A DNA stretch of 64,000 nucleotides from Octopus vulgaris (taxonomy: Eukaryota): assembly GCA_951406725.2 (NCBI GenBank), contig OX597815.1, forward strand, positions 128,154,001 through 128,218,000. Direction: 5' to 3'. This document shows, piece after piece, positions 1 through 12,365 of this stretch. Both the position numbers and the translations under genes were made by a program. The first letter of the stretch is position 1. The number at the start of each line of letters is the position of its first letter. The notes below the pieces were generated by a model, which did no database searches, was not told where the DNA came from, and saw only the letters and a list, made by a program, of their open reading frames with translations.

Positions 1-1515
1 TGTTCATTTTCTGTGATGGCATATACATATGTGTATGTTACTGTTACTTTGTCTTAACATTATATGATAGTTGTACATCAATGTCACCATCGTGCAAGCA
101 GAGTCCTTTGTTTCCAATCTTCCATGAAAACATGCTTGGTTATGGGGAAATATTACCTTACTTGGAAACAAGTGAGGATTGGCAACAGGAAGGGCAGCCA
201 ACTATAGAAAATCTGCCTCAACAAAGTCTGTCTGACCCATGCAAGCTTGGGAAAGCAGGCATTAGAATGAATGAATGAATGAATGATGATGATGCTGCTG
301 TTGTCATGTACCCTAAGGCCATCTCTGATCAAACAGACCTTTAGGTCAAAAGTATTCCACCCATGATCATTCCATCTATTTCATGTATGCAAAGAACTGA
401 GATCTATATTAACCAACATGTTTTTTCCTAAGATGGTGGGGCTGTAATTTGAGTATGATTTCTAGCAAGATGAGGAACCAGGTAGAAACTCCCACATAAT
501 GGTAGTGTAGGTGATGGTGGTGTTGGTGACGGTGGTGGTGTGGCTGTTGTTGCTGCAAATGTAATCTTTAATCACAAATTACATTATTTTTCATTGTAGG
601 GTTACCAACTTTTTCATAAAAGAGAAACAAGAAAAGAAAAAGAAGGATAAAGAAGCTAAATATGATGAAAGAATGGGTAATGTATAAGAATGATGAGGAG
701 AATATCAAAGAAAGAAAAGCAGAAAATTGGTCACCATGATACCAAAAAGCCAATCCACTGCACTACTTCTTTCAATTTAATGACAGTCCACTTTATAGTA
801 CAAGTTAAACAAAGTGATTAAAAACTCCCTTTAACATTAACCCTTTTGATAATAAACCACACTTAGTCCCATGGTACAAAAACTTTTTTTCCTAAAGCTA
901 TCTAAATTAAAACATTACACAAACATTTCATGTAAATTTTTATTGGAGACATCAACTTAATAATTCTAATTATAGCACAAGGCCAGCAATTTTGAGGGGA
1001 GGGGGCAAATCAATTACATCTCCCTGGTACTTGATTAGGACTTCTTTTTTATTGACCACCAAAAGGATGGAAAGCAAAGTTAACCTTGACAGAATTTGAA
1101 TTGAAAACATAAAACTGGAAGAAATGCCATTAAGTGCCTTGTCTAGCATCATAACAATCCTGCCAGCTCATCAATTAACGCAAGCTTGATACTTCTTGCT
1201 TTCTTTCTTAACATCAACTTCATAATGACACATAGACACCTGAGGTGAACCTGGAGTACACATGGTATGTCATTGATGGGCTCACAAACAGCAATAAATG
1301 GATTTTGGCAAACCTAGCCAATTGATTGACTAAATGATTAATCAAACAATTGATTTTTTTTAATTAGTTAAATGTTAATTAATAATTTTAAAAGAAATGA
1401 AACAGAACTAATGAGCGTGTTTATTGTTGGCATAATGATCCTCCCATGACAACAATAGTAGAGTCACTTCTATCTTGTCATTTTTAAAACAAAGAACATT
1501 TTCCCATTTTAAGAT

Positions 1516-1560
<45 letters not shown>

Positions 1561-2568
1561 CACAAAGGTTCAGGCTCAGTAGAAGTTTCCACATGTCATT
1601 CCTGTACCCAGCATGGTTTGGTGAAGGCCATCATATATCCAGATAAACTAATGTGCAGAATTTAAGCCATGGGATAGCAATAATAAGTACAGGAAACATA
1701 ATTATATTTTAAGCTTATAAAACGCGTATTTCTGTAAACCAATTGTTATGATTACACAAGGCAGTTAGTCAAATTGCATAATACAGCATTCTCAGTATAA
1801 AAAAAACACACACACACAGCTCAGTGAGATACGTAGTTTAATATATTCCAGTTTTGCAAATTACATTCAATATCATTGATATGGTAAAATAGAGTGTGAA
1901 GTAGTAGGATGATGTTAAAAGAAGACAGATAGATAGTTGATGAGAGAAGGGAGGTCGTCAGTCATACCTCCCCTCCATACATATTCAGGCAGACACAAAC
2001 ACATACATATCTGCACACATATTTATGCAATAGTAACAGGAGGTGAAAAAAGAAAAAAAACCCAAGGTGCCATAGGCTCAACAATAATAACATTGGCAAC
2101 AACAAAATAGCCACTATTGTAAAAACAGTCAGTGGCATATATCAGAAAGAGAACTGAGACAATGGTATACATTGCCTCATGTATATTTCATTTTCCTCCC
2201 TCCTCTCTATGCGTGTGTGCGCCTGGCTATGTATGGAGGGGAGGAATGTCCACCACTACCTTCCTCTCATCTTTCTTTTTTAAACACAATCCAACAACTT
2301 CACATACTGTCACCTACTATTCTACCATAACAATGCTACTGAATGTAATTTACAAAGCTGGAATATATTAAAGCATGCATCCCACCGAGCTTTGTATTTT
2401 TTTACTGAGAATACTGATGAGGTGAATGATTTTCTTTGTATTACACAATCTGACCAATTGTTATGCAAAATGAAAAGCAGTTTACAGTTTGTATACTTTA
2501 TTAAAGTTTAAAATGCCAATTACATTTCCTATGTTTATTATTACTCTCTCTCGCTATATATATATATA

Positions 2569-2880
2569 GGACCCCCTTTGGTGATGAATTACTATGGGAT
2601 CCAAGGTACAAGTCTGGGCAAGGTTGTTTATGGAAGGCCAGCAGTCACCCATGCATACCAGCCTCCCCTCTCCACACCACTGATGTCATCCAAAGGAAAG
2701 GCAAAGGCCGATACAGCTTGGCACCAGTGATATCGCAACTCATTTCTACAGCTGAGTTAACTGGAGCAACATAACAAAGTGTCTTGCTCAAGAACACAGC
2801 ACACAGCCCGGTTCGGGAATCGAACTCACAACCTCACAAATGTAATCTTGACGCTCTAACCACTGAGCCATGCACCCTCA
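2569..2880 (-). mobile_element. tRNA-derived SINE family D
   Basis: Minus-strand head gcatggctcagtggttagagcg..gagttcgattcc. Colinear with 62792-63126 and 61640-61935; fragment at 3230-3370 (+). Confidence 0.8.
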
Positions 2881-5800
2881 CATATATATATAAAATGTGA
2901 GTGTGTGTGTGTGTGTATATACACACGCACACATTAAAGTATTCACAACCAAATGCCAAAGATAGAATTAAAAATATAACTTTCACAAAATAACAAATAA
3001 AATGTAATGTTTATGCCAGACTTATGAATTACCTTGTATACATGGGACTCAACTCTGAGACAATGACTTTTATATGGGCACAAAGATACATATTTCTTAG
3101 GAAAGGAGACATGAATTTTCCAGAACCTTAGCAACAAACAGAACTATAAAATATAAGTACATTTGACATAGATTTAAAAATTGTAGCATTCTTTTATAGA
3201 CATGCTGTTGCAGACTTAAAATGATTGGGAATGGGTTTTGATTCCCAAACCGGGCTGTGTGCTGTGTTCTTGAGCAAGACACTTTATGTCATGTTGCTCC
3301 AGTTAACTCAGCTGTAGAAATGAGTTGCGACATCACTGGTGCCAAGCTGTATCGGCTTTTGCTTTCCATGTGTGATTAAGAAGTTTGTTTCCCAATCATA
3401 TGGTTTCAAGTTCAATCCCAACATAAACTATCTTGGACAAATGTCATCTACTATAGTTTTGGGCATTGTGAGTGAACTTGGTACATGGGAACTGTGTGTG
3501 CTTGCATGTTTGTTTACATATATGCTTCTCCAAAAATTGCGCAGCTACATTAGTGATTATTTGTTCTGTCAAGGGTTTGACTGCTGGCCTTATACTTGAA
3601 ATGTAGGTAAACAACTAAGGGTTGGTGACAAGTAGAGCAAGGATTCAAATATATATTTCTTTAACCTCAGCTAGCAGGGAAAATAAATTGATGTAAAAAC
3701 AAAGAAACTTGCCTTTTCCAAGGAAAAATAAACAACAAAAATAATGAAGTAAAGAGAACAGGTTACAACTGGAAATCATAACAAAACAAAATAAAATAAT
3801 TAAAAATAATTCAGAAAATAGGGTATATTTTAATGACAATAGATTACAAGACAAAACATTCAAGTGATAAAGTGTAACAGCATAAGATACCAATATACAA
3901 ATAAAGCAAAATTAAAACAAAAAGGTGGGTGTGGGTACTGCTAAGTTTCATTCAAGTTTGCACAGTTAAAATCTAAGGGAAACCATACCCCTTTTTACAA
4001 GTTTTGAACTTTTTTAAATAAGCTACACATAAAAATAACATTTCTTTTTATTTTTTAGCAATAAATTTTCTTGAAAATTTGAGCAAAATACATCAAAATG
4101 TTTTAGAGGAACACTTTGTTAAAGACAGGAATTTTATCCTATTGTTTTCAATTTTATTTATCAGAATTGTTTTTAGTAATTTCAAAGGAACGTTATTATA
4201 AAAATAAATAAAATATTCAAAAATTTTTTTTTTCGTTTTCAATTTTAATTTGAAATTAAGTTTTAGAAACAAATAGCAGTGACAACTGCATACATACGTA
4301 TGTATGTATTTGTTTCATGTGTGTGCTTGTGTGATACACACATACACACAAAGTGTTTAACTTATAGAGTCTAATATATGTTTGTTTGCATGAAAGATAA
4401 GCAAGATTACATATCTGACCAGGGTTTCATTCAATCAATTTTCTGGCAAATACTACACATTTGTGGATTTCTTTAGCAAAATTCTTTTCAATCCACTAAT
4501 GCAAACAATCAACCAAAAACGTTAATTAAATGATATTTTACTATGCATGCATGCACATACATACATACGTACATATGTATGTATGCATGCATGCATGTAT
4601 GTATAAGGAACACCATTACAGTATGAAGGACACATATTACTCATTCAAAATCACATAAAAACTGTTAACCCCACTTACATATATTATTTGGTGTCAAAAT
4701 TTTCATCAAACCAAATGCAATCTGGGACACTCATGATCCCACTGCAGTTAGTGCCAGGAAAATTTTAACACAAAATAATAAATGTTTAAATGAAGTTGGC
4801 ATTTTTTGAGTGTTTTTCAAAAGATAAAATGCATCTTTTACATTGTAATTGCTTTAGTTTCAAAACAGTCTCAGATCACTAGCCTGGTTAGTACATCTCC
4901 AAAACATATATAAGCACATGCAATTTAGGGAAGGAGGGGATATCTGTGTGTGTGTGTATGTGAGTGTATAATGCATAATAATGTAATTTAGAGTTTGATG
5001 TGTATACAGTTTCATTTGAATTCCAATATTCATTTGTTATAGTAGGGCCAATACATGAATTTAGTAATAGAGGGGAAATAAGCAAGTTGCATTTCTTTTA
5101 ACATGGAGATCAGATTTTAAAAATAAGAAATACTCTGAACATCTTCTGGCACAATCTGCAAATAAATAAAATAAATAAATAAATAAAAATTGGGGGCATT
5201 GAATTGTAACAAGGTAAAATTGAAAATGTATTAGTTAGAACAAAAGGAACAATAGTAAAAAAAAATATGGTTAGGAAGCACTTTTCTACATGGTTTAATT
5301 GAACAAACTGTAAAATAAAGACTAGTCCCACCACATCATTTAATGGTCAGCATAAACATATCTGTGTGATTAAGAAGCTCACTTGGCAACCACATTTCAG
5401 GTTCAACTTGGACAAGTGTCTTCTACTATAACCCAAGGCCGATCAGTATCTTGTGAGTGAAATTTGGTAGACAAAAACTGTCCAGAAACTCATCGTGAGT
5501 GCGTGTGTGTGTATTTGTATTTGTTGACGCAGTTTCACAACCAGTGTTGATTTGTTTACATCCTTGCAACTTAGCAGTTCAGCAAAAGAAATTGACAAAA
5601 GTACTTAAAATTACTAATGAAGTTAATTTGTTTAACTAAATCCTAGCATGGCCAGAATGCTCACTTCTCAACCAGTTGCTTTCGGGTTCAATCTTACTAT
5701 ACAAGTGCCTTCTACTGTAGGCCCATTCTGACAAAAGCTTTGAGTGTATTTGGTAGACAGAAACTGAAAGAAGCCCATTGTGTGTGTGATTGTATTTCTG

Positions 5801-6287
5801 TCTTGAAATTGCATAATAATTGTAAACAAATAACAACCACATAAGCTGTTTCCAAAATTCTGTGAAAACATGTCTGGCTACGGAGAAATATTATCTTGCT
5901 TGGAAACAGGTGTGGGTTGGTGACAAATGATGGGCAAGCAGCCATAGAAAATCTGCCTCAATGAATTTTGTCTGACTCAAGCAGGTAAAGAAAAGTAGAC
6001 GTTAAAACAATGATGATGATGATAAAGCCAGTCAGAGGAGAGGTGAGAGCAATTCCCACAACCCTGCAGGCCCTTCCAGCAAACCATATTCAGCATGAAC
6101 ATGTGTAGTGAAAGCATGATTGGAGGAACGAATGCCAAAGGGTCTCAGTCCTGGAAAGGAAGGACTTGGTAAAAGAGAGGTGTGTCCCCATATGAAAAAA
6201 TTCCTAATGAAAATAAATGGCACAATTACCCAAAAAGTGGATCTCAACAAACAGGAGATTGTCATTAAGAGTGTCTCTTTAATATCT

Positions 6288-6421
6288 TCAGAACCTTCTG
6301 TAGCGGAACCCATATGGTGTATATGGAGATTGATAAGCATCATAATGCGGTTGGTGACCAGGATATTGATTATATCTATTACTAGAATATGGATTTTCAT
6401 GCTCACTCTCACTTCTTTGAT
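6288..6421 (-). CDS. RHBDD1: RHBDD1 terminal coding exon
   Basis: Acceptor ttattttcttttgttgcag|AT, phase 1. Encodes (D)QRSESEHENPYSSNRYNQYPGHQPHYDAYQSPYTPYGFRYRRF-stop (TGA 6290-6288). The four exons total 819 nt, i.e. 272 aa plus stop. Confidence 0.82.
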
Positions 6422-6548
6422 CTGCAACAAAAGAAAATAATGTAAAGTGTTTACTAAATTAACACAATATTAACACCATAGCATAGTAAAAGATTCACTA
6501 ACATTCTCATACAACAATATAATACTTAAGTATTAACTTTCATTCTTA

Positions 6549-6930
6549 TACTCTTTTACTTGTTTCATTCATTTGACTGCAGTCATGCTGGAGCACCACC
6601 TTTAGATGAGCAAATCGACCCCGGGACTTATTTTTGTAAGCCTAGTACTTATTCTATTGGTCTCTTTGCCAAACTGCTAAGTTATGGGGACGTAAACACA
6701 CCAGCATCGGTTGTTAAGCGATGTTGGGGGGACAAACACAGACACACACACACATATATATACATATATACATGGGCTTCTTTAAGTTTCCATCTACCAA
6801 ATCCACTCACAAGGCTTTGGTCGGCCAAAGGCTACAGTAGAAGACACTTGCCCAAGGTGCCATGAAGTGGGACTGAACCCTGAACCATGTGGTTGGTAAG
6901 CAAGCTACTTACCACATAACCACTCCTGCA
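6549..6930 (-). mobile_element. tRNA-derived SINE family A (CORE-like)
   Basis: Minus-strand head GCAGGAGTGG.TGTGGTAAG (A box)..GGTTCAGTCCC (B box), then accttgggcaagtgtc (CORE-like), an internal (TG/TA) tract and an aaaagagta tail. More than 12 copies in the window. Confidence 0.85.
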
Positions 6931-8358
6931 ACTGCTAATATGCCTCATATTTCAGGTGTTGGATTTATAGCTGTAAGATTGTAGGTTTGGGAGCGAGAGG
7001 ACCACTAACTTTATTAGCATTATATTCAACCAACCAACATTTATATTGGCTACCCATGCTGGCACCACATAAAAAGTACCTGTACTAACGTCATATAAGA
7101 AGCACCCATGCTGGTGCCAGATAAAAAGCAGGCAGTACAGTCTATAAAGTAGTTGAGGTTAAGAAGGGTATCCAGCCATAGAAACCATACCGTATCAGAT
7201 GACGGGAGCCAGGTGCAGTCTCCCCCCCCCCGGCTTGCCAGCTCCTGTCAAACAATCCAATCCAATATAGTCAGACAGTGTCAAAATTATGATGACATTT
7301 GGTTGACAACTGATGAAGGGTAGAGCTTGTCTGTATCTGTTGTCTTTTCTGCATTTTTGTATTCCCTGAAAATTTGTCTGAATCACTTTTTACATTATGC
7401 ATATATGTAAGAGCACAGATCTTGATGCTAGTCAGAAAAAGTGCAATTCCAATATAATCAACTGCAAATATTGTATAACTATTTAGATGCAATAGCATAG
7501 AAACAGAGTAGTACCAAAATAATAATGAGCTAAATTCATTCTTTGTCTTCCCTCTCTCTCTTTGGGAGAGGCACAAGCACCTACACGCACATGTACACAC
7601 ACGGCAGTTACTTCCGCCTGCCGAATTCAATCACAAAGCTTCGGTCAGCTCGGGGCTATAGTGGAAGACACCTACCCGAAGTGCCACGCAGTGGGACTGA
7701 ACCCGAAACCATGTAGCTAGGACTCTGGATTAAATACACACCCACACATACATATACATCACGGCTGCATTTGCACAGCACCTGTAAAGGGACAAGTCCA
7801 TATATATGAAGGGCAACAATTTTACTTGAGAATACACATCAAGTCATGTAAAATCTCTGCAATCCATACAAAGAGGCTTGTTCTTTTACAGGTGTCAGTG
7901 TCACATTTGTGCCAGTGCTGCATAAGTGCACCCTTGACAGTGGCACATAAAAAGCACCCAGCACACTCTGTGAAGTGCTTGGTGTTAGGAAGGGCATCCA
8001 GCCATAGAAATGATGCCACAAAACACAATAGAAGTCAGGGCAACTCCCAGCTAACCAGTTACTATCAAACTGTCCAACCCATGCCAACATGGAAGACGAA
8101 GGGCATCCAGCCGTAGAAACCCTGCCAGATCAGACTGGGCCTGATGCAGCCTTCTGGCTTCACAGACCCCAGTTGAACCGTCCAACCCATGCTAGCATGG
8201 AAAGCGAACGCTAAATGATGATGATGATGATGATATATATATACACACACACACACACACCCACAAACATACATGCACACACACACTGACACACATAAAA
8301 ACCAACAGTCAGACACATGCATGTTCTCTGCACTGTACAATTATGAAATATACTTTAC

Positions 8359-8439
8359 CTGGTGGGAATATTCTGCTGAAAATATCTTTCAAGGGAGTTT
8401 TACAGTATATCAAACCAACAATGATCCCAGATATATGAC
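8359..8439 (-). CDS. RHBDD1: RHBDD1 coding exon 3 (81 nt, catalytic His)
   Basis: Not in the ORF track. Acceptor tttctgtttaactttcag|GT, donor CCAG|gtaaag. Encodes (G)HISGIIVGLIYCKTPLKDIFSRIFPP, the rhomboid GHxxGxxxG motif. Confidence 0.93.
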
Positions 8440-10343
8440 CTGAAAGTTAAACAGAAATTAAATCAATCAAATATTTAGAAACAATAAATATATTTGTTAT
8501 AAACACTTTCCCCCAAGTACCATCTTAAGACACAGACACAACAGCTTGTTTACAGTTTTGTGTGGAAACATGTCCAGCCATAGAGAAATATTATTAATCA
8601 GGTGAAGGTTGAGGACAGTAAGGCTGGCCAGTTATAGAAAATCTACCTCAATGAACTGTGTCTGATCCATGCAAGCATGGAAAAGTGGATGTTAAGCCAA
8701 TGATGAATTTATGTAATACGTAATCAATCTGAAAAAATGACTGCTACCCTAGTGTGTACACTTCAACTAAAATGTCTTCTTACTCAAAAATTCTATTGTC
8801 ACTTGTCCAACTTTTCGTAAACAGTTTGTTCTTCAGCTATAACTAAGCAGTTCAGTAACAGAGACTAATACAGTAAGTACCAAACTTTAAAAATACTGGG
8901 GTTGATTTGCTCGACTAAGGGTGATACCCCAGCATGGCTGCAGTCCAATGACTGAAATGAGTGAAAAACAAAATATAAAGAATATATTATCTTATCCAAT
9001 TTTTATAATGGCAGGGTATATTTTCTTCATGGCTTGACCAGAGGAGAAAAGGCAGTGCTTATGAACTTTTTTCAGGATTCTCAACAGTGGCAGAAGAAAG
9101 AGCAGAAGGGACCACACCTCGTGAGTTAGCAACAAAACAACAGTGAGACGTCAAGTTATTCAACCTCAGGACCAACATATGTTCAATTGTTTTACAACAG
9201 AGTGTGTTCTGCTGAAGGCACCCTGCTTCAAAGACCAGGTGAAGATATTAAAATAGCAAACAGATAAAGGTCTAGCATTCAAATTAAGGTCATCTGTGAG
9301 ATATTTGGCTGCTACTTCTAGCAGGCTGAACAACCAACATGATGAAGCTCTCTTATTGGCTTATAAAAAAAGGGTTACTGCATTATAGCTTTGGGATGAA
9401 TGTGCTGATTAAATTAATGCTGTGTATTTATGGAGTGTTATTATTTAACCCCTAGTCAGTCCCAATTGAGTAGATATATAAACAAATAGATTCCAGCCAT
9501 AACCATCTCATTTTTTGACTTATGTGCAGGAAACCTGCGTGTAATTACTAACTAGAGAGATTTCGGTGCTATTTCCTGAGAGACCAATTAACCAATCATA
9601 GTATTGAAGTGCAATAAAATAGATACTTGTCATCATTTGTAATTTACATCTGCTTTTCCATACAAGCAAGGGTTGGATGGTTTTTCTAAGGCAGTGTTTT
9701 ACAGCCAAATGCCTTTCCCCACCACCAGACTTTTAGCTGCTTCTTATAACATGCAGGAACAAGGTGTACCAACTTCTAAAACCATGATGTGCACAGTACA
9801 TTTCATCATGTGTATGTATGTACCATCATCATCATTTTTAACATCCACTTCTCCATGCTTGCATGAGTCAGACATAATTCATTGAGGCAGATTTTCTATG
9901 GCTGGATGCCCATCCTGTTGCAAACCCTTGTATGTTTCTAAGCAAGATAATATTTCCCTATAACTGGACATGTTTTCACAGAAGACTGGAAATGATGGTG
10001 TTACTTGTTTATTACAATTCCTGTATAATAAGACACATACACACACACAAGGATACATGTACACAGACACACACACACACACACACACATATATAACAGT
10101 CTTCTTTCAGTTTCCATTTTCTACACCCACTCACAAGGCTTTGGTTGGCCCAGTGTTATTGACACTTGCTCAAGGCAGCATACAATGGGACTGAAACTGA
10201 AACCATGTGGTTGGGAGGCAAACTACTTACCACACCACCATGCTTACACCCATACACATATGTAGCTATTTATTTCAACAACATTTAGAGACTTCTCAAA
10301 ATGATTCACTATTGAGAAAATGCATACAATTACAGATAGTTAC

Positions 10344-10490
10344 CTAAGAATGAGGCTTGTGGAACTATGAGCTGAATCATAACAACTTCTAACCAATGTA
10401 TATACTTATATGGAATTAAAAAGCCTCCATAAGCATGCTGTTCTTGTGGATTCATGTAATTAAGGACGACTTTAATGGCAAATATCACAG
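10344..10490 (-). CDS. RHBDD1: RHBDD1 coding exon 2 (147 nt)
   Basis: Acceptor ttttttatctttacag|CT and donor TTAG|gtaact, both phase 1. Encodes (A)VIFAIKVVLNYMNPQEQHAYGGFLIPYKYIHWLEVVMIQLIVPQASFL, matching the RHBDL4 TM4-TM5 region. Confidence 0.93.
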
Positions 10491-10859
10491 CTGTAAAGAT
10501 AAAAAAAAAGAACATACATTTACTGTAAATAATTTATCTTTTTAATCTGTTAGATATGAAAGAAGTTTTTCTAATCAACTTAACTGTCATAATAACAATC
10601 ATCATAAGACATGCTAATTGTCTCTAAGGTACAAGGCCAGTAATTCAGAGGGGAGTGGGTGTTAGTGAATACCATGAATCTCAAAACTTGACTGCTGCTT
10701 AATTTTATCAAATCCAAAAGCATGGAAGATAACCATGGCAGGATATGAACTTAGAAGATAAAGAAATGCCACAAAGCAATTTTTTCGGGTGCTCTAACAA
10801 TTCTAATTCACTTTAAAACAAACAAACAAAATCATCACCACCACCACCACAACAACAAA

Positions 10860-11420
10860 TAATAATGCCCTGATGCAGTACCAGACAGTGACTCATGGTT
10901 CTGATCTTAACTGATCGGAAGTGATATCATGTACATTGTTTTGTTTTGGGTATAAAAAATAGGCTACAGTAAATATTCTGTTCAATACCACAGATTTGCT
11001 TGTCAGTTGTTTGACCACAAGCAGTCAAACATGTCCCTTAATGATTGATATGTGCATCTCTGATCACAAATAGAAGTAGTGTGGGAGCATCGTAGTCATG
11101 TGTTGAGAGGAATTCTTTGGGATTTGAATAATTCACCCATGGAAACATGGGTGTTTCATTCAACATACTTAACCCTTATTCAGGGACCTTTTGAGCGGGA
11201 TGGCTACTCAGCCTGATTAAAATTCTAACTGGGTCCCACCTGCAGTCATGTGCTGTTTATCTTGATAGATCACCATATCGTGCACATATGGTTGTGATGC
11301 ATGTGCCTGGTGTACCCATATCAGACAGGTAGTCATGATGGGTATACTAGGCTTCATATATTTTACCCCAGTATCACTTTGATGGCATGCCCCGCTCTCT
11401 CACTCAATAATAATAATAAT
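10860..11420 (+). mobile_element. Interspersed repeat family E with (AAT)n tail (probable non-LTR 3' end)
   Basis: About 460 bp colinear with 16115-16585. Both copies end ctctcactc-(aat)n and differ in 5' truncation. Confidence 0.7.
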
Positions 11421-11909
11421 AATTAAAGATTTTATATTTTAGCAGAGAGCCAGTTATCTCATGGGGAGAGGTGAGTCAGTTATATAGACACCAGTGCTCC
11501 AAAAGAATGAAAGAACATGTTGATCTTAGCAGTATTTTAAGTTAGAATGGAAAGAAATAACACATGGTAATAACTCTTTGTTATAGGGACAAGTCAATTA
11601 AACTGACCCCATCCAGTGGTCAACTGGTACTTATTGTATCGACCCTGAAAAGATGAAATGGGAAGTCAACATTGGTGAATATGAACTCGGAGCATAAAAA
11701 CACACAAAATGCTGCGATGCATTTTGTTAGGCATGCTAACGATTCTGCTAGTTTGCTACCTGAAATAATAATAATATAAATGGTTTCAAATTTTGGCACA
11801 AGGCCAGCAATTTCAGGGGAGGGGCTAAGTTGATTACAACAACTCCAGTCTCAGCTGGTACTTATTTTTATCAACCCTGGTGTGCTAACAATTCTGCCAG
11901 CTTGCTGCC

Positions 11910-11941
<32 letters not shown>

Positions 11942-12155
11942 CCTTTCTTTTTCTAGGCACAAGGCATGAAATTTTGTAAGAGGGGTTAGTTGATTGGATT
12001 GACCCCAGTACTTGATTGGTACATTTCATCAACCTCAAATGATGAAAGGCTAAGTCCACCTAATAGACAAACAAATAAGTAATAAATAAAAGGTAAATAA
12101 TCTGATGGCAGAGTTTAAATCATGATAATATATTATCTGATTTTCATCACAGATA

Positions 12156-12365
12156 TCATCATCATCATCGTTTAACGTCCGTTCTCCATGCTAGCATGGG
12201 TTGGACGGTTCGACCGGGGTTCTGGGAAGCCAGAAGGCTCCACCAGGCTCCAGTCTAATCTGGCAATGTTTCTACAGCTGGATGCCCTTCCTAACGCCAA
12301 CCACTCCATGAGTGTAGTGGGTGCTTTTTACGTGCCACCTGCACAGGTGCCAGGCGAGGCTGGCA
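12156..12365 (-). mobile_element. SINE family C (V-domain-like, RTE-type 3' end, (GAT)n tail)
   Basis: (cat)n-cgtttaacgtccg..ccatgctagcatgggttggacg..ctacagctggatgcccttcctaacgccaacc. Copies at about 7060-7265, 7940-8232, 16725-16900, 27088-27345, 27780-27960, 32110-32372, 46307-46510, 53275-53440, 53897-54040, 56700-57005 and 58672-59120. Confidence 0.8.

Noticed and set aside
600-690. Plus-strand exon-like Lys/Glu-rich segment after tttttcattgtag
   Set aside because: Low-complexity purine run with no recognisable protein and no partner exons.
2800-2880. tRNA-like A/B boxes here and in many other places
   Set aside because: These are SINE heads continuing into SINE bodies; no complete cloverleaf.
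6032-6440. 132-aa minus and 106-aa plus ORFs
   Set aside because: These are off-frame or antisense to the RHBDD1 last exon; the phase-1 splice selects a different frame.
6560-6865. Recurrent ORFs containing RGYSRRHLPKVPRSGTEP or LDALPNANH
   Set aside because: These are translations of multi-copy SINEs, not a gene family.
7271-7365. Possible alternative RHBDD1 last exon (GNTKMQKRQQ..FDTV-stop)
   Set aside because: Poor polypyrimidine tract and no UIM/VBM similarity.
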